A stretch of DNA of 64,000 nt from Eubacteriales bacterium (GTDB lineage: Bacteria; Bacillota; Clostridia; Oscillospirales; CAG-272). Positions within the stretch are counted from its first letter, which is position 1. Every line of letters begins with the position of its first letter. The position numbers and the translations under genes were made by a program. This document shows positions 34,150 through 43,198 of this stretch, one piece after another. The stretch covers positions 1,614 through 65,613 of the forward strand of contig JAZNDP010000066.1 in the NCBI GenBank assembly GCA_045588165.1, given 5' to 3'. A model generated the notes under the pieces. The model saw only the letters and a program-made list of their open reading frames with translations. It was not told the origin of the DNA and searched no databases.

Positions 34150-35154
34150 TCAACGGAAGGCAAAGGCATTCAGCATTGCCTCTACATCTTCCATATGCAT
34201 GTCGTAATTCTCTGCCAATGCGGTATAGGTAAAGGAGTAGATCATTTCGTTGTAGGCAAAGAGGGTCTGCATGATGCGGAACTCCACGCCGTCGGTTACC
34301 GTGCGGTAGACATAGGTATATGCCAACCGTCCGCCTACGGTTCGCTCCGTAGGACCGCTGATTCTCTCATATGAGGGAAGAGTGGTGCGGAATTCCTCCT
34401 CGCAACGGGCGAAATACTCCTGTACGGAGATGGATTCGGAGGGGGTATAGGAGGTCACGGTTATGTTGGATTTTCCGCTTTCGGGATAGTACGCCTCGGA
34501 AATTCCGCTCTCGGCGTTGCAGATCCAGGAGGTGGGAACGTAAAGGCGATATTCAATATGATCGGCGGAAGCAATCTCAAAGCCCTCGGGGGTGTTCTTG
34601 TCGGTGACAGTCTGACCTTGAAGGTCGATCTTATCGCAGAGGCGGAATGCGGAGATGATTTTTCCAAACTCCTCGGCGCGCTCTTCCCAGATCCTTGTGG
34701 GGCAGTAGCCGTAGAGAGAGATCATATCCCCCTTGTGGAGGGTGGTAATCTGGAAGCAGGTCATGGCGCTTGCGTTGTCGGTGACGGTATAGGTCAGCTT
34801 TACGGCATCCTTGCCGCCAAGCACAGCGGGAATACGCTCCGTAATCACAAAATCCTCTTTGGCTTTGTAGCCGTCGGCACAAAGGGTAATGTAATCGTTT
34901 ACCGTCATAGCGGGATCAGCGGGAGTAAAGTAACGGGCGCTTACCATAATTTTGTCGTTGGGGGAGACGTAGGCGCCCGAGACACCGGAGCCGGTATTCA
35001 CAGACCAGCTGTTGGGAACGTATAAAATGAAGGGCTCGCCGGGCATCGTAGCGGATTTCATATCCTCCGGCACGTCAGAGTCCTCTTGGGCGCAGGATAC
35101 CGCGCATAACAGCAACAGAGCAGCCAGCGACAGGGCAATCAGCTTTTTAAACAT
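34150..35154 (-). CDS. Lipoprotein with two tandem homologous domains
   Basis: MFKKLIALSLAALLLLCAVSC lipobox. LYVPNSWSVNTGSGVSGAYVSP and LYVPTSWICNAESGISEAYYPE mark an internal duplication. Confidence 0.7.
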   Translation of the reverse strand: MFKKLIALSLAALLLLCAVSCAQEDSDVPEDMKSATMPGEPFILYVPNSWSVNTGSGVSGAYVSPNDKIMVSARYFTPADPAMTVNDYITLCADGYKAKEDFVITERIPAVLGGKDAVKLTYTVTDNASAMTCFQITTLHKGDMISLYGYCPTRIWEERAEEFGKIISAFRLCDKIDLQGQTVTDKNTPEGFEIASADHIEYRLYVPTSWICNAESGISEAYYPESGKSNITVTSYTPSESISVQEYFARCEEEFRTTLPSYERISGPTERTVGGRLAYTYVYRTVTDGVEFRIMQTLFAYNEMIYSFTYTALAENYDMHMEDVEAMLNAFAFR

Positions 35155-35240
35155 AACGGTTTGTGTATCCTTTCTTTGGGATGTTTCCGATGATTTTCTT
35201 TATTGTAGCACAAAAAGAGTATAATATCTATCACATTTTG

Positions 35241-36698
35241 TTAATTTTCAAAGGAATTTACAATTTTTCGGAAGGTCTCTCCTCGCTCGGAGAAGTTTCG
35301 GAATGCGTCAAAGCTGGCGCAGGCAGGAGAGAGAAGCACGCAGCCGTCGGGACGGGAGAGGGATTTTGCCGTGAAAACGGCGTCCTCGAACACGGGCTCA
35401 TAACAAATTACGGGGCTGCCTCGGCGATAGAGGGGATGGCTTTTCAGCACGGCTTCGATTTTTTTACCCGTCGCTCCCGTCAGAACCACGGCGCGTACCG
35501 AGCGACAAAGGCTTTCTGCCAAAGGCTCGAAGGGGATCTGCTTGTCGTATCCGCCGCAAATGATGACAATATCTCTGCCCGAAAGGGCGGAAAGAGCGGC
35601 GGCGGTACGGCTGGGTGAGGAGTCAATGGAGCTGTTGAAATAGTCCACGCCGCCTAAGGTGCGAACCAGCTCCAGGCGGTGCTCCACACCTCGGAAGCCG
35701 TCGGCAACCTCTCCGAAAACTGAGGAGGAGACGTGTCCGTAGGTAAGGCCGATGGCGGTCATGAAATTTTCCACGTTATGCCGCCCGGGGATACGGATGC
35801 GGCTGACCTCCAGTAACGGCTCCTCACGCGCCCCATCCGATAAAACAATCCAACCGTTCTTTTCGTAGATGGCGCGGTCTCCCTCTCCCGCTCCCTTTGG
35901 AAACAGGGATTCGAATGAATCCCGTTTGGAGGAAAAAAGCCAGACGTCGGGAGTAGGCTCCCCACTTTTCCGCTTCGTCAGCAAGCTCTCTGCCAGCGTC
36001 GCCGTGGTGGGGGATTCCGCGTTGGTGACCAGACGTCGGGTGTTCTCCCCGATAATGTGCTCCTTGGCGGAAACGTATTCTTCCATATTCTTGTGCCAAT
36101 CCAGATGATTGGGGGAAAGATTGGTTATCGCGCTGTATTGGGGGGCGTGCGTAACGGTCATCAGCTGAAAGCTGGAGAGCTCCAGTACGGCGCTGTCGTC
36201 AGCGTCGATCTCATCGACGCGGTGGAGAAGGGGGGAGCCGATGTTTCCACCTACGAAAACCTTTCCAACCCCCCTTTTTTCTGCTTCTGCCGAAAGAAAT
36301 CTGCCCGTCAGGGTCGTGGAGGTGGTTTTTCCGTCACTTCCCGTGATTCCGAAGGTACGGGCATCGGTCAGCATCAAAAACAGCTCCGCCTCGGAGGTGA
36401 GAGAGCTTCCGTTTTCTACCGCCGACCGAATTTCCTCTCGGTCGGGTCGGATACCGGGGGAGCGGAAGATCAGCTCGCCCGACAGATCATGTAAGTGGTT
36501 CTCTCCAAGGACAAAGCGTGCGCCACGGTTGGCAAGATCCTTTGTGTTCTCAAGACGGCTGATGTCGTTTTTATCCCGAATGGTGAGAGAGACCCCAAGC
36601 GCCAGAAGCTTTTGGGCAAGAGGGAGATTGGAGACACCGAGACCGAGAATCTCACACCGTCTGTTCCCGATATATTCCTTCAGCTTATCCGTTGCCAT
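35241..36698 (-). CDS. murD: UDP-N-acetylmuramoylalanine--D-glutamate ligase
   Basis: GLGVSN, ITGSDGKTTST P-loop, NLSPNHLDWH, GGYDK. GGAGG SD before ATG 36698. Confidence 0.92.
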   Translation of the reverse strand: MATDKLKEYIGNRRCEILGLGVSNLPLAQKLLALGVSLTIRDKNDISRLENTKDLANRGARFVLGENHLHDLSGELIFRSPGIRPDREEIRSAVENGSSLTSEAELFLMLTDARTFGITGSDGKTTSTTLTGRFLSAEAEKRGVGKVFVGGNIGSPLLHRVDEIDADDSAVLELSSFQLMTVTHAPQYSAITNLSPNHLDWHKNMEEYVSAKEHIIGENTRRLVTNAESPTTATLAESLLTKRKSGEPTPDVWLFSSKRDSFESLFPKGAGEGDRAIYEKNGWIVLSDGAREEPLLEVSRIRIPGRHNVENFMTAIGLTYGHVSSSVFGEVADGFRGVEHRLELVRTLGGVDYFNSSIDSSPSRTAAALSALSGRDIVIICGGYDKQIPFEPLAESLCRSVRAVVLTGATGKKIEAVLKSHPLYRRGSPVICYEPVFEDAVFTAKSLSRPDGCVLLSPACASFDAFRNFSERGETFRKIVNSFEN

Positions 36699-36732
36699 GA
36701 CCGATACCTCCGTCAGATAGAATCTACACTCT

Positions 36733-36761
36733 ATTATATAATTTTTGCGGGAAATATGCAA
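36733..36761 (-). promoter_or_regulatory. Sigma-A promoter for murD
   Basis: Minus strand reads TTGCAT, 17 bp, TATAAT. Confidence 0.65.
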
Positions 36762-36778
36762 GTGATTTTTCAAAAAAA

Positions 36779-36806
36779 GAACCCTCGATGCCGAGGGTTC
36801 TTTTTT
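36779..36806. terminator. Bidirectional terminator
   Basis: GAACCCTCG-atgc-CGAGGGTTC followed by TTTTTT. Confidence 0.8.
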
Positions 36807-36808
36807 GA

Positions 36809-37228
36809 TCAGCCCTTGACGCCAAACCGATGCTTACAACGGGGACACACGACGGTGTGCTTTCCCTTTGCACGGGGGAGTCGAAGAACGGCGCGACAGG
36901 CGGGGCATTTGCGATAGACGTGAGTTTTTCGGTCACGGAAGCGATTGCGGAGCAGTTTGAAGAATCCGCAAAAGGCTTCGTTCTCGCGACGGCGCTTGGT
37001 GATATTTCGGGAGAACATACGGAAGAAAATGATCACGATCAGCGTCGTAGAGAGGACCAGATAAGAGAGCATCAGAATCGCGCTTGCCGCCGGATCGGTC
37101 AGAAAAAGGGAGACGATGGAATTGACCAGCACGATGGCGATATATACGCCCAGATAGACCTTGTTGAGGGTGTCCGTGCCGTACCGTCCGTACATCATCC
37201 GATATAGCTTGTTTTTGAATTTACCCAT
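36809..37228 (-). CDS. Membrane protein with C-terminal zinc ribbon (139 aa)
   Basis: Two TM segments, then CPACRAVLRLPRAKGKHTVVCPRCKHRF. Confidence 0.65.
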   Translation of the reverse strand: MGKFKNKLYRMMYGRYGTDTLNKVYLGVYIAIVLVNSIVSLFLTDPAASAILMLSYLVLSTTLIVIIFFRMFSRNITKRRRENEAFCGFFKLLRNRFRDRKTHVYRKCPACRAVLRLPRAKGKHTVVCPRCKHRFGVKG

Positions 37229-37309
37229 AACGGTACAGTATGATCCTGCTGCCACCCCGCAAACGGAGTGGCAGCAAGAATTCCTTTCTTAAGGTTTACA
37301 CCGAACGGC

Positions 37310-40300
37310 TTATTCGGTACGGAGAGCCTCCATGGGATCCTTGCGGGAAGCGATCTTGGAGGGGATCAGACCTGCAATAAAGGTCAGGAACATGCTGATC
37401 GCTACCAGAATGATTGCCGCCGCCCAAGGAAGCACCGCATTGATGTTCGTCATATCTGTCAGTGCGTGAATAATGGCATTGATAGGCAGACAGAGCAGAA
37501 GCGTGGTCAGAACACCGAGAGCACCCGCGGCAAAGCCAATAATAAGGGTTTCGGCATTGAATACACGGGAGATATCTCGCTTGGATGCACCGATGGAGCG
37601 AAGGATACCGATCTCCTTGGTACGCTCCAGAACCGAGATATAGGTGATAATACCGATCATAATGGAGGATACCACCAAGGAAACGGAAACGAATGCCACC
37701 AACACGTAGGAAATGACGTTGATGATGGTGGATACGCCCGACATCAGCGAGCCGATCAGGTCAGTGTATTGGATTTTCTTGGATTCGTCGGTCTGGCTGT
37801 CGGAGTAATCCTTGATGAACTGCTCAATGGTCTTCTTGGACTCGAAATCCTTGGCGTAGAAATTGATAGAGGCGGGAGACGCCTTCTCCGCGTCACCAAG
37901 GTCGGCAAGAACCGATTCGTAGGTGGCGTCGGTCTGAGGAGCCATCTTATAAAGGGTTTCCTCCAGAGTCAGGAAGGTCTCGCTGGTAGCAAAATCGGGA
38001 ATGAACTTGTTTCCGTTCTCAATCAAACGCTTGAAGATCTCTTCGTTGACCTCCATTCCCTTGAGGGCGTTGGAAACGTCGCGGTAGATGACCGCCATTT
38101 TTTCTGTTCCCGCAAGGTCGATCATACCCTTGATCGGCATAGGCATCCGGTCGGACGCAGGGATTCCCATCAGGGCAGCCATGAGCTGCTCCTGGGACAT
38201 GACGGGCATAAGCCTGATAAAGTTTGCGGGGGTAATTTGGGTGTCGGGAGACATCATGGTAAGCACGTTACAAAGGGTCGAAAATCCGTCAGCCTCCATT
38301 GCCGCGTTTGCAATGGCGGTGATGGTTGCCGCTTGATCCTTTTCGGACATCAGGAAGAGTACGCTGAGCAGGGAGGTAGGATCCTTTACGTCCAGCATCG
38401 CCGCAAATTCGGGATTTTGGAGGATCATCTGCGTTACGAAGGGATAGAACTGCGCCATGGTCTGTCCGTCGATCTTGTCGATCAGATCACCGATCGTCTC
38501 GGGGGTATAGTGGGTTCTTTCAAATTTCAGACCCGTCAGCGCGTTGTATTGAGGAACTGCCTTTTGCTGCTTGATCAGCTCGCTCTCCGCCGTCTCGGCA
38601 AGGATCTGATCGGTCAGGGCACGGGTGTAGCCAATGGCGCCGTTAATGGAGGTGCCGCTGACACCGGGCTTGGGACGGACGATACCCGAAATCACAAGCT
38701 CGGTTCCGTTTTCGGTTACAAAGCTTTTCTGATCGTAGATCTTCTCGTTCCAGATATTATACTCGACACCGTCGACGGTATATTTCTCATCGGTCTTTTC
38801 GTAAAATTCATAGGAATTGAGCAGGCGGAATTTCATACCGAGGAAGTCCTCAAGGGGCAGAGGCTCCATGTGAGATGCCTCGTATTCACCCTCGGTCATG
38901 AGCTGCTTCATGACGTCCTCCAGCTCGCTCTGATCCAGAACGCCCAGCATATAAAGAGTCATTTTGCTGATGGTGTTGTTTTTACCGACTACCAGAACTA
39001 CCTCGTTCGCTTTTTCGGGCCAATGGCTTCCTTCACCCACCAGCTCGTACTGCTGATCCAGAAGGTCTTGGTTGTCAATCATTTCGGAAAAGATTCCCAT
39101 TCCGCCCATGTTCTCCATCATTTCACTGATTCCTTGGAAGGAGGAGCCCATGTTGTTGAAAATGGTGGTGGGGGATACTTGCACGGAGCCGTCCCCATTG
39201 TAGATGCGAAGATTCAGGTCATAGGTGTACTGAATGTCACTGACCGCGTCCTTGATCTGATCGTAATTCTCGTCCAAGTGCTTCTTGAAAGCGGTCAGGT
39301 CGTTTTCCACGGTGGCGCTCATGGCGGACATCATCGTTCCCAAAGAGTCGTCGATATAGATTTTATCGTCCTCCAACGACTCCACGTCGATCTCACTTAC
39401 CTGTGTCATGGCGGAAAGCATGGAGGCGTAGTCGGCGGTGGTTTTGTTGATGGTGAGAGGATAGGTGGAGAGGGTGTCCTCCTGAACCTGATCGATAAAG
39501 AGTTGGATTCCGTTGGACAGAGACAGGATCAGCGCGATACCGATAATACCGATGGATCCCGCAAAGGAGGTGAGAATCGTCCGTCCCTTTTTGGTCAGCA
39601 GATTGTTTTTGGAAAGGGAAAGAGCGGTGAGGAAGGACATGGAGGTCTTTTTCGTCGCCCTCTTCTTTTTGTTCTTTTTCTTTTTTTCCGTCTCCTGAAT
39701 TTCCGTAATCTCTACGGCAAGAACTTCTTCTGTGGGCTCACCTTCGTAAGGGGCGGAATCGTCTACGATTTCGCCGTCACGGAGACGGACGATACGGGTA
39801 GAATATTCCTCGGCAAGCTCGGGGTTGTGGGTGACCATGATAACCAAACGGTCACGGGCTACCTCCTTCAGCAGATCCATGATCTGAACGCTGGTGGTGG
39901 TATCCAGAGCACCCGTCGGCTCGTCGGCTAACAGAATATCGGGGTTGTTCACCAGCGCGCGGGCAATAGCCACACGCTGCATCTGACCGCCCGACATCTG
40001 GTTGGGACGCTTGTTCAGCTGATCGCCAAGCCCCACCTTTTCCAATGCTTCAACGGCACGGGCGCGGCGCTCCGACTTGGAAACGCCCGAAAGGGTCAGC
40101 GCCAGCTCTACGTTGGAAAGGACGCTCTGATGAGGAATCAGATTATAGCTCTGGAAGACAAAGCCGATGGAGTGGTTGCGGTAGCTGTCCCAGTCTCCGT
40201 CGCGGTATTCCTTGGTGGAAACGCCGCCGATCACCAGATCTCCGCTGGTGTAGCGATCCAGACCGCCGATGATGTTGAGCATGGTGGTCTTTCCGCATCC

Positions 40301-40420
40301 GGAGGGTCCGAGAATCGAGACAAACTCGTTCTTGCGGAACTTTAGGCTGACGCCGTTCAGGGCGTGAACCTCGCTCTCGCCGGAGACGTAGGTTTTAACG
40401 ATATTTTTTAATTCAAGCAT
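37310..40420 (-). CDS. Fused ABC ATPase + FtsX/MacB-type permease with very large extracytoplasmic domain (1036 aa)
   Basis: GPSGCGKTT, LSGGQMQRVAIARAL, LLADEPTGALD, Lys-rich linker, TM1, about 570-aa hydrophilic loop, then C-terminal FtsX-like three-TM bundle. GAAGGAG SD before ATG 40420. Confidence 0.88.
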   Translation of the reverse strand: MLELKNIVKTYVSGESEVHALNGVSLKFRKNEFVSILGPSGCGKTTMLNIIGGLDRYTSGDLVIGGVSTKEYRDGDWDSYRNHSIGFVFQSYNLIPHQSVLSNVELALTLSGVSKSERRARAVEALEKVGLGDQLNKRPNQMSGGQMQRVAIARALVNNPDILLADEPTGALDTTTSVQIMDLLKEVARDRLVIMVTHNPELAEEYSTRIVRLRDGEIVDDSAPYEGEPTEEVLAVEITEIQETEKKKKNKKKRATKKTSMSFLTALSLSKNNLLTKKGRTILTSFAGSIGIIGIALILSLSNGIQLFIDQVQEDTLSTYPLTINKTTADYASMLSAMTQVSEIDVESLEDDKIYIDDSLGTMMSAMSATVENDLTAFKKHLDENYDQIKDAVSDIQYTYDLNLRIYNGDGSVQVSPTTIFNNMGSSFQGISEMMENMGGMGIFSEMIDNQDLLDQQYELVGEGSHWPEKANEVVLVVGKNNTISKMTLYMLGVLDQSELEDVMKQLMTEGEYEASHMEPLPLEDFLGMKFRLLNSYEFYEKTDEKYTVDGVEYNIWNEKIYDQKSFVTENGTELVISGIVRPKPGVSGTSINGAIGYTRALTDQILAETAESELIKQQKAVPQYNALTGLKFERTHYTPETIGDLIDKIDGQTMAQFYPFVTQMILQNPEFAAMLDVKDPTSLLSVLFLMSEKDQAATITAIANAAMEADGFSTLCNVLTMMSPDTQITPANFIRLMPVMSQEQLMAALMGIPASDRMPMPIKGMIDLAGTEKMAVIYRDVSNALKGMEVNEEIFKRLIENGNKFIPDFATSETFLTLEETLYKMAPQTDATYESVLADLGDAEKASPASINFYAKDFESKKTIEQFIKDYSDSQTDESKKIQYTDLIGSLMSGVSTIINVISYVLVAFVSVSLVVSSIMIGIITYISVLERTKEIGILRSIGASKRDISRVFNAETLIIGFAAGALGVLTTLLLCLPINAIIHALTDMTNINAVLPWAAAIILVAISMFLTFIAGLIPSKIASRKDPMEALRTE

Positions 40421-40554
40421 CGTTTTCTCCTTCATTTCTTTACAAAAAATATAACATGGTATATGATACCACAATTTTTTTAACGTTCAGTTGATTTTTT
40501 CGTAAAATTGCGTGAAATTTTTTCTATCTTTGTGATGGTTTTGTGAAGACGGGC

Positions 40555-41241
40555 TTACAGCTCGATTCGAGCGCTTTTATCGGTTAGAATGGAATAGCAA
40601 ACGTCTCCCGCGATAATGAAATGGTCCACGAGACGAACCCCGATGGGTTCTATTGCCTGCAGCAGACGCTCTGTTGACCGTCGATCCTCGGCAGAGGGAT
40701 AGGGAACTCCGTCGGGGTGGTTGTGAACCAAAATGACGGAGGAGGCGTTGCTCTCCGATATGACGCGAACCAGCTTGTTGAGCAAAATTCCGGAGGATGT
40801 GGGCAGACCGTCGTCCAGTTGAAGAACCCGTTTCAGATTTCCCGTGCCGCCGAACAGCATCAAAAAGAGCTTTTCGCAAGAGGATCCGATAAACAGGCTT
40901 TGCATATAAATCAGCAACTCGCTTTTGCCGTTCAGAAGCCCTCGGGGATTGATTCCGCTTCTTTGATACAGCGCAACGATAGAGGGAAGAAGCTTTAGAA
41001 AAAACGCCGAGCGGCTGCCGATTCCCTCTACCTCCTTCAGCTCCGATTCCTTGGCATCCAATATGCCTCGGACCGAGCCGAAGCGATCCAGCAGTCGATG
41101 CGCGGTTTCGTTGGTATTACAGCGGGGAATGCATTCAAAGAGCAGAAGCTCCAGTATTTCGTGCTCGTCAAGAAGGGCTCCGCTGGAAAATTTTGCGCGC
41201 AGCCGATTGCGGTGGCCCTCGTGCAGATTGTTGTTTGACAT
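40555..41241 (-). CDS. radC: RadC-like JAB domain protein (UPF0758)
   Basis: GHRNRLRAKF, HhH region, and JAMM-like LVHNHPDGVPYPSAED. Confidence 0.88.
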   Translation of the reverse strand: MSNNNLHEGHRNRLRAKFSSGALLDEHEILELLLFECIPRCNTNETAHRLLDRFGSVRGILDAKESELKEVEGIGSRSAFFLKLLPSIVALYQRSGINPRGLLNGKSELLIYMQSLFIGSSCEKLFLMLFGGTGNLKRVLQLDDGLPTSSGILLNKLVRVISESNASSVILVHNHPDGVPYPSAEDRRSTERLLQAIEPIGVRLVDHFIIAGDVCYSILTDKSARIEL

Positions 41242-41409
41242 GGTCGTGATCCTTGTTTGTCCGTATTATGTGTATTTTTATTTCCTCAAAAGGAAATTTT
41301 TTCTGATCGTAAGTGTTTTACTGTCTTGCCGTTATTTGCCGGTTATAAATCTTTGGACGCGACTCAAACTAACTTTGAGCGGAAATCCGTTTCAAAGGAG
41401 GACTTGACA

Positions 41410-41625
41410 ATGATTATGGACAGAATCGCTCTGATCATCACCATCATCGGCGCTCTGAACTGGGGCAGTATCGGACTGTTCCGATTCGATATCGTCGCAT
41501 GGTTGTTTGGCGGTCAGACAGCTCTTGGCAGCCGGATCGTTTATACCGTTGTGGCTCTGGCCGGCATTTGGTGTGTATCTCTCATCTTCCGCGCCCGTGA
41601 ACGGTTTGCAGAATTGGATGAGTAA
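41410..41625 (+). CDS. DUF378 small membrane protein
   Basis: AAAGGAGG SD. MIMDRIALIITIIGALNWGSIGLFRFDIVAWLFGG is the DUF378 signature as I remember it. Confidence 0.8.
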   Translation: MIMDRIALIITIIGALNWGSIGLFRFDIVAWLFGGQTALGSRIVYTVVALAGIWCVSLIFRARERFAELDE

Positions 41626-41716
41626 TAAATGAAAATGGGGGATTGGCGATCCGATGGGCAAGCGTACAACTGCCGGCGGAAGAACCAACCCCTTTTTTGA
41701 AAATTGCCGTTGGCTA

Positions 41717-41745
41717 TTGACAAACGAAGAAAAATAGCGTATAAT
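41717..41745 (+). promoter_or_regulatory. Sigma-A promoter of candidate antitoxin sRNA
   Basis: TTGACA (41717-22), exactly 17 bp, TATAAT (41740-45). No ORF or SD follows. Confidence 0.65.
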
Positions 41746-41751
41746 AAACAC

Positions 41752-41835
41752 GGTGAGGCACCGAAGGTGGGCGCTTCCTCAAGTCGTTAACGGAAAATAA
41801 CCGCTATGTTGGTCGCAGGGCGGTTATTTCTTTTT
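41752..41835 (+). ncRNA. Candidate about 85-nt sRNA (type I antitoxin-like), convergent with and overlapping the 3' end of the toxin ORF
   Basis: Bounded by a consensus promoter and hairpin AATAACCGC (41796-804) / GCGGTTATT (41820-28) plus TTCTTTTT. Contains CUUCCUC, an anti-SD-like motif. Confidence 0.45.
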
Positions 41836-41916
41836 ATTATTTAAAAGTTCAATGATACAGGTAATCAGTGCGATCAGCAGGTTGCAAAAAAGAAAAAGCT
41901 CCTCCCAAGTAATCAT
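41824..41916 (-). CDS. 30-aa hydrophobic peptide, type I toxin / holin-like-toxin architecture
   Basis: Not in the ORF track (under 60 aa). GGAGG sits 8 nt before ATG 41916. MITWEELFLFCNLLIALITCIIELLNNKKK stops at TAA 41826-24. An alternative ATG is at 41922 (32 aa). Confidence 0.5.
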   Translation of the reverse strand: MITWEELFLFCNLLIALITCIIELLNNKKK

Positions 41917-42041
41917 CGACATCACCTCCCTCTCCCGAGGAAGGTAAAAAGAGATATTCACGCTTCCTCGAAGAATCGGGAAGCGTCGCCACCGATTCGG
42001 TGGAGCAACAGCTCGGCAACCACAGGTTGTCCCATACCTAT

Positions 42042-42070
42042 ATTATACCACATTTTTGTCAATTTGTCAA
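42042..42070 (-). promoter_or_regulatory. Sigma-A promoter of the toxin mRNA (about 118-nt 5' UTR)
   Basis: Minus strand reads TTGACA (42070-65), 17 bp, TGgTATAAT (42050-42). Confidence 0.65.
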
Positions 42071-42107
42071 GAAAAATCTACATCACAAGAGAAAAAAACG
42101 CGGACGA

Positions 42108-42977
42108 TCAGCGCACGTTCAGGATCTGCGGAACGGTATCGATCAGATCGGACGCCATCAGGGAATATTCCCCCATTCGGCGGGCGGCGGCGTCACCGCA
42201 AAGACCGTGGAGATAGACCCCTAGGGCAGCGACAGTAAGGGGGGAGAGCTCGCCGTGGCGGCACTGCGCCCAGAGTCCGCCTATCATTCCCGCAAGAACG
42301 TCTCCCGATCCTCCCGTTGCCATGCCGCTGTTTCCCGTTTGATTTCGGTAGACTAGGTCTGTGCCGTCGGAAACGGCGGTACGGTGTTCCTTGAGCACAC
42401 AGACCGCGCCATACCGCTTGGCAAAATCGTAGGCGGCAGCCTCGCTGTCCGCGAGAATCTCCTCAGGCGATTTGCCCGTCAGACGGGAAAGCTCCAGAGG
42501 ATGGGGTGTGAGAATGGCATTTTTCGTATATTTGAGCAGAGAAGGATTGCGCGCGAGAAGATTCAGCGCGTCGGCATCCAATACGCGTGGCTTGTCGCTG
42601 TTTCGCAACAGATAAGAGAGAAGCTTGCGGGAGGCGGGAGTGACACCCAGTCCGCATCCAATGACCAGAACGTCAGCCCACGCCGCCGCTTCGGCAACGA
42701 CGTCCATGTCAGGTGTTTCTCTGTCATAGGTGGTGACGATGGCTTCGGGAAACTGCGTCTGGAGAATGACGCGATTTTCCTCTACCGTCAGAATCCGAAC
42801 AAGGCCCGCTCCCATACGGTAGGCAGCCTTGGCGCAAAGATAAGCGGCGCCGCTCATGCCATAGCTTCCGCAGACACAAAGAAGTCGTCCAAAGGTTCCC
42901 TTATGGGATTGTTGATGACGGGTAGGGAGGAGTGAGAGCGCCTCCTCGGAATAGGAATAGATGGAATAGGGCTTCAT
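42108..42977 (-). CDS. nnrD: ADP-dependent NAD(P)H-hydrate dehydratase (YjeF C-terminal domain only)
   Basis: HKGTFGRLLCVCGS, TPHPLE, and GGSGDVLAGMIGGL carbohydrate-kinase-like motif. Confidence 0.88.
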   Translation of the reverse strand: MKPYSIYSYSEEALSLLPTRHQQSHKGTFGRLLCVCGSYGMSGAAYLCAKAAYRMGAGLVRILTVEENRVILQTQFPEAIVTTYDRETPDMDVVAEAAAWADVLVIGCGLGVTPASRKLLSYLLRNSDKPRVLDADALNLLARNPSLLKYTKNAILTPHPLELSRLTGKSPEEILADSEAAAYDFAKRYGAVCVLKEHRTAVSDGTDLVYRNQTGNSGMATGGSGDVLAGMIGGLWAQCRHGELSPLTVAALGVYLHGLCGDAAARRMGEYSLMASDLIDTVPQILNVR

Positions 42978-43099
42978 TTATGACCTCCCGTTTGTCGATT
43001 TCTCTGTCTATTTTACCATATATATTCGGTAAAGTAAAGAAAATTGCCAGTATTTTTTCCAAAATCGAGGATTTTTACAGATAATATTTAAAAAAACTC

Positions 43100-43128
43100 T
43101 TGACAAGCGCCGTAGAATCGATTATAAT
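43100..43128 (+). promoter_or_regulatory. Sigma-A promoter for yceD-rpmF
   Basis: TTGACA, 17 bp, TATAAT. Confidence 0.7.
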
Positions 43129-43198
43129 ATGTATTGTCGCATTTTATGTCAATCAATTTTGGTTTTACGCGTGACTCAAAATCCACAGGAGGTAGAGT

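Noticed and set aside
41626-41700. A structured element after the DUF378 gene (GGGGATTGG...CCAACCCC plus T-run) as a riboswitch.
   Set aside because: It lies 3' of the gene and ends in a T-run. It is most simply a long-loop intrinsic terminator. I recognised no conserved riboswitch core.
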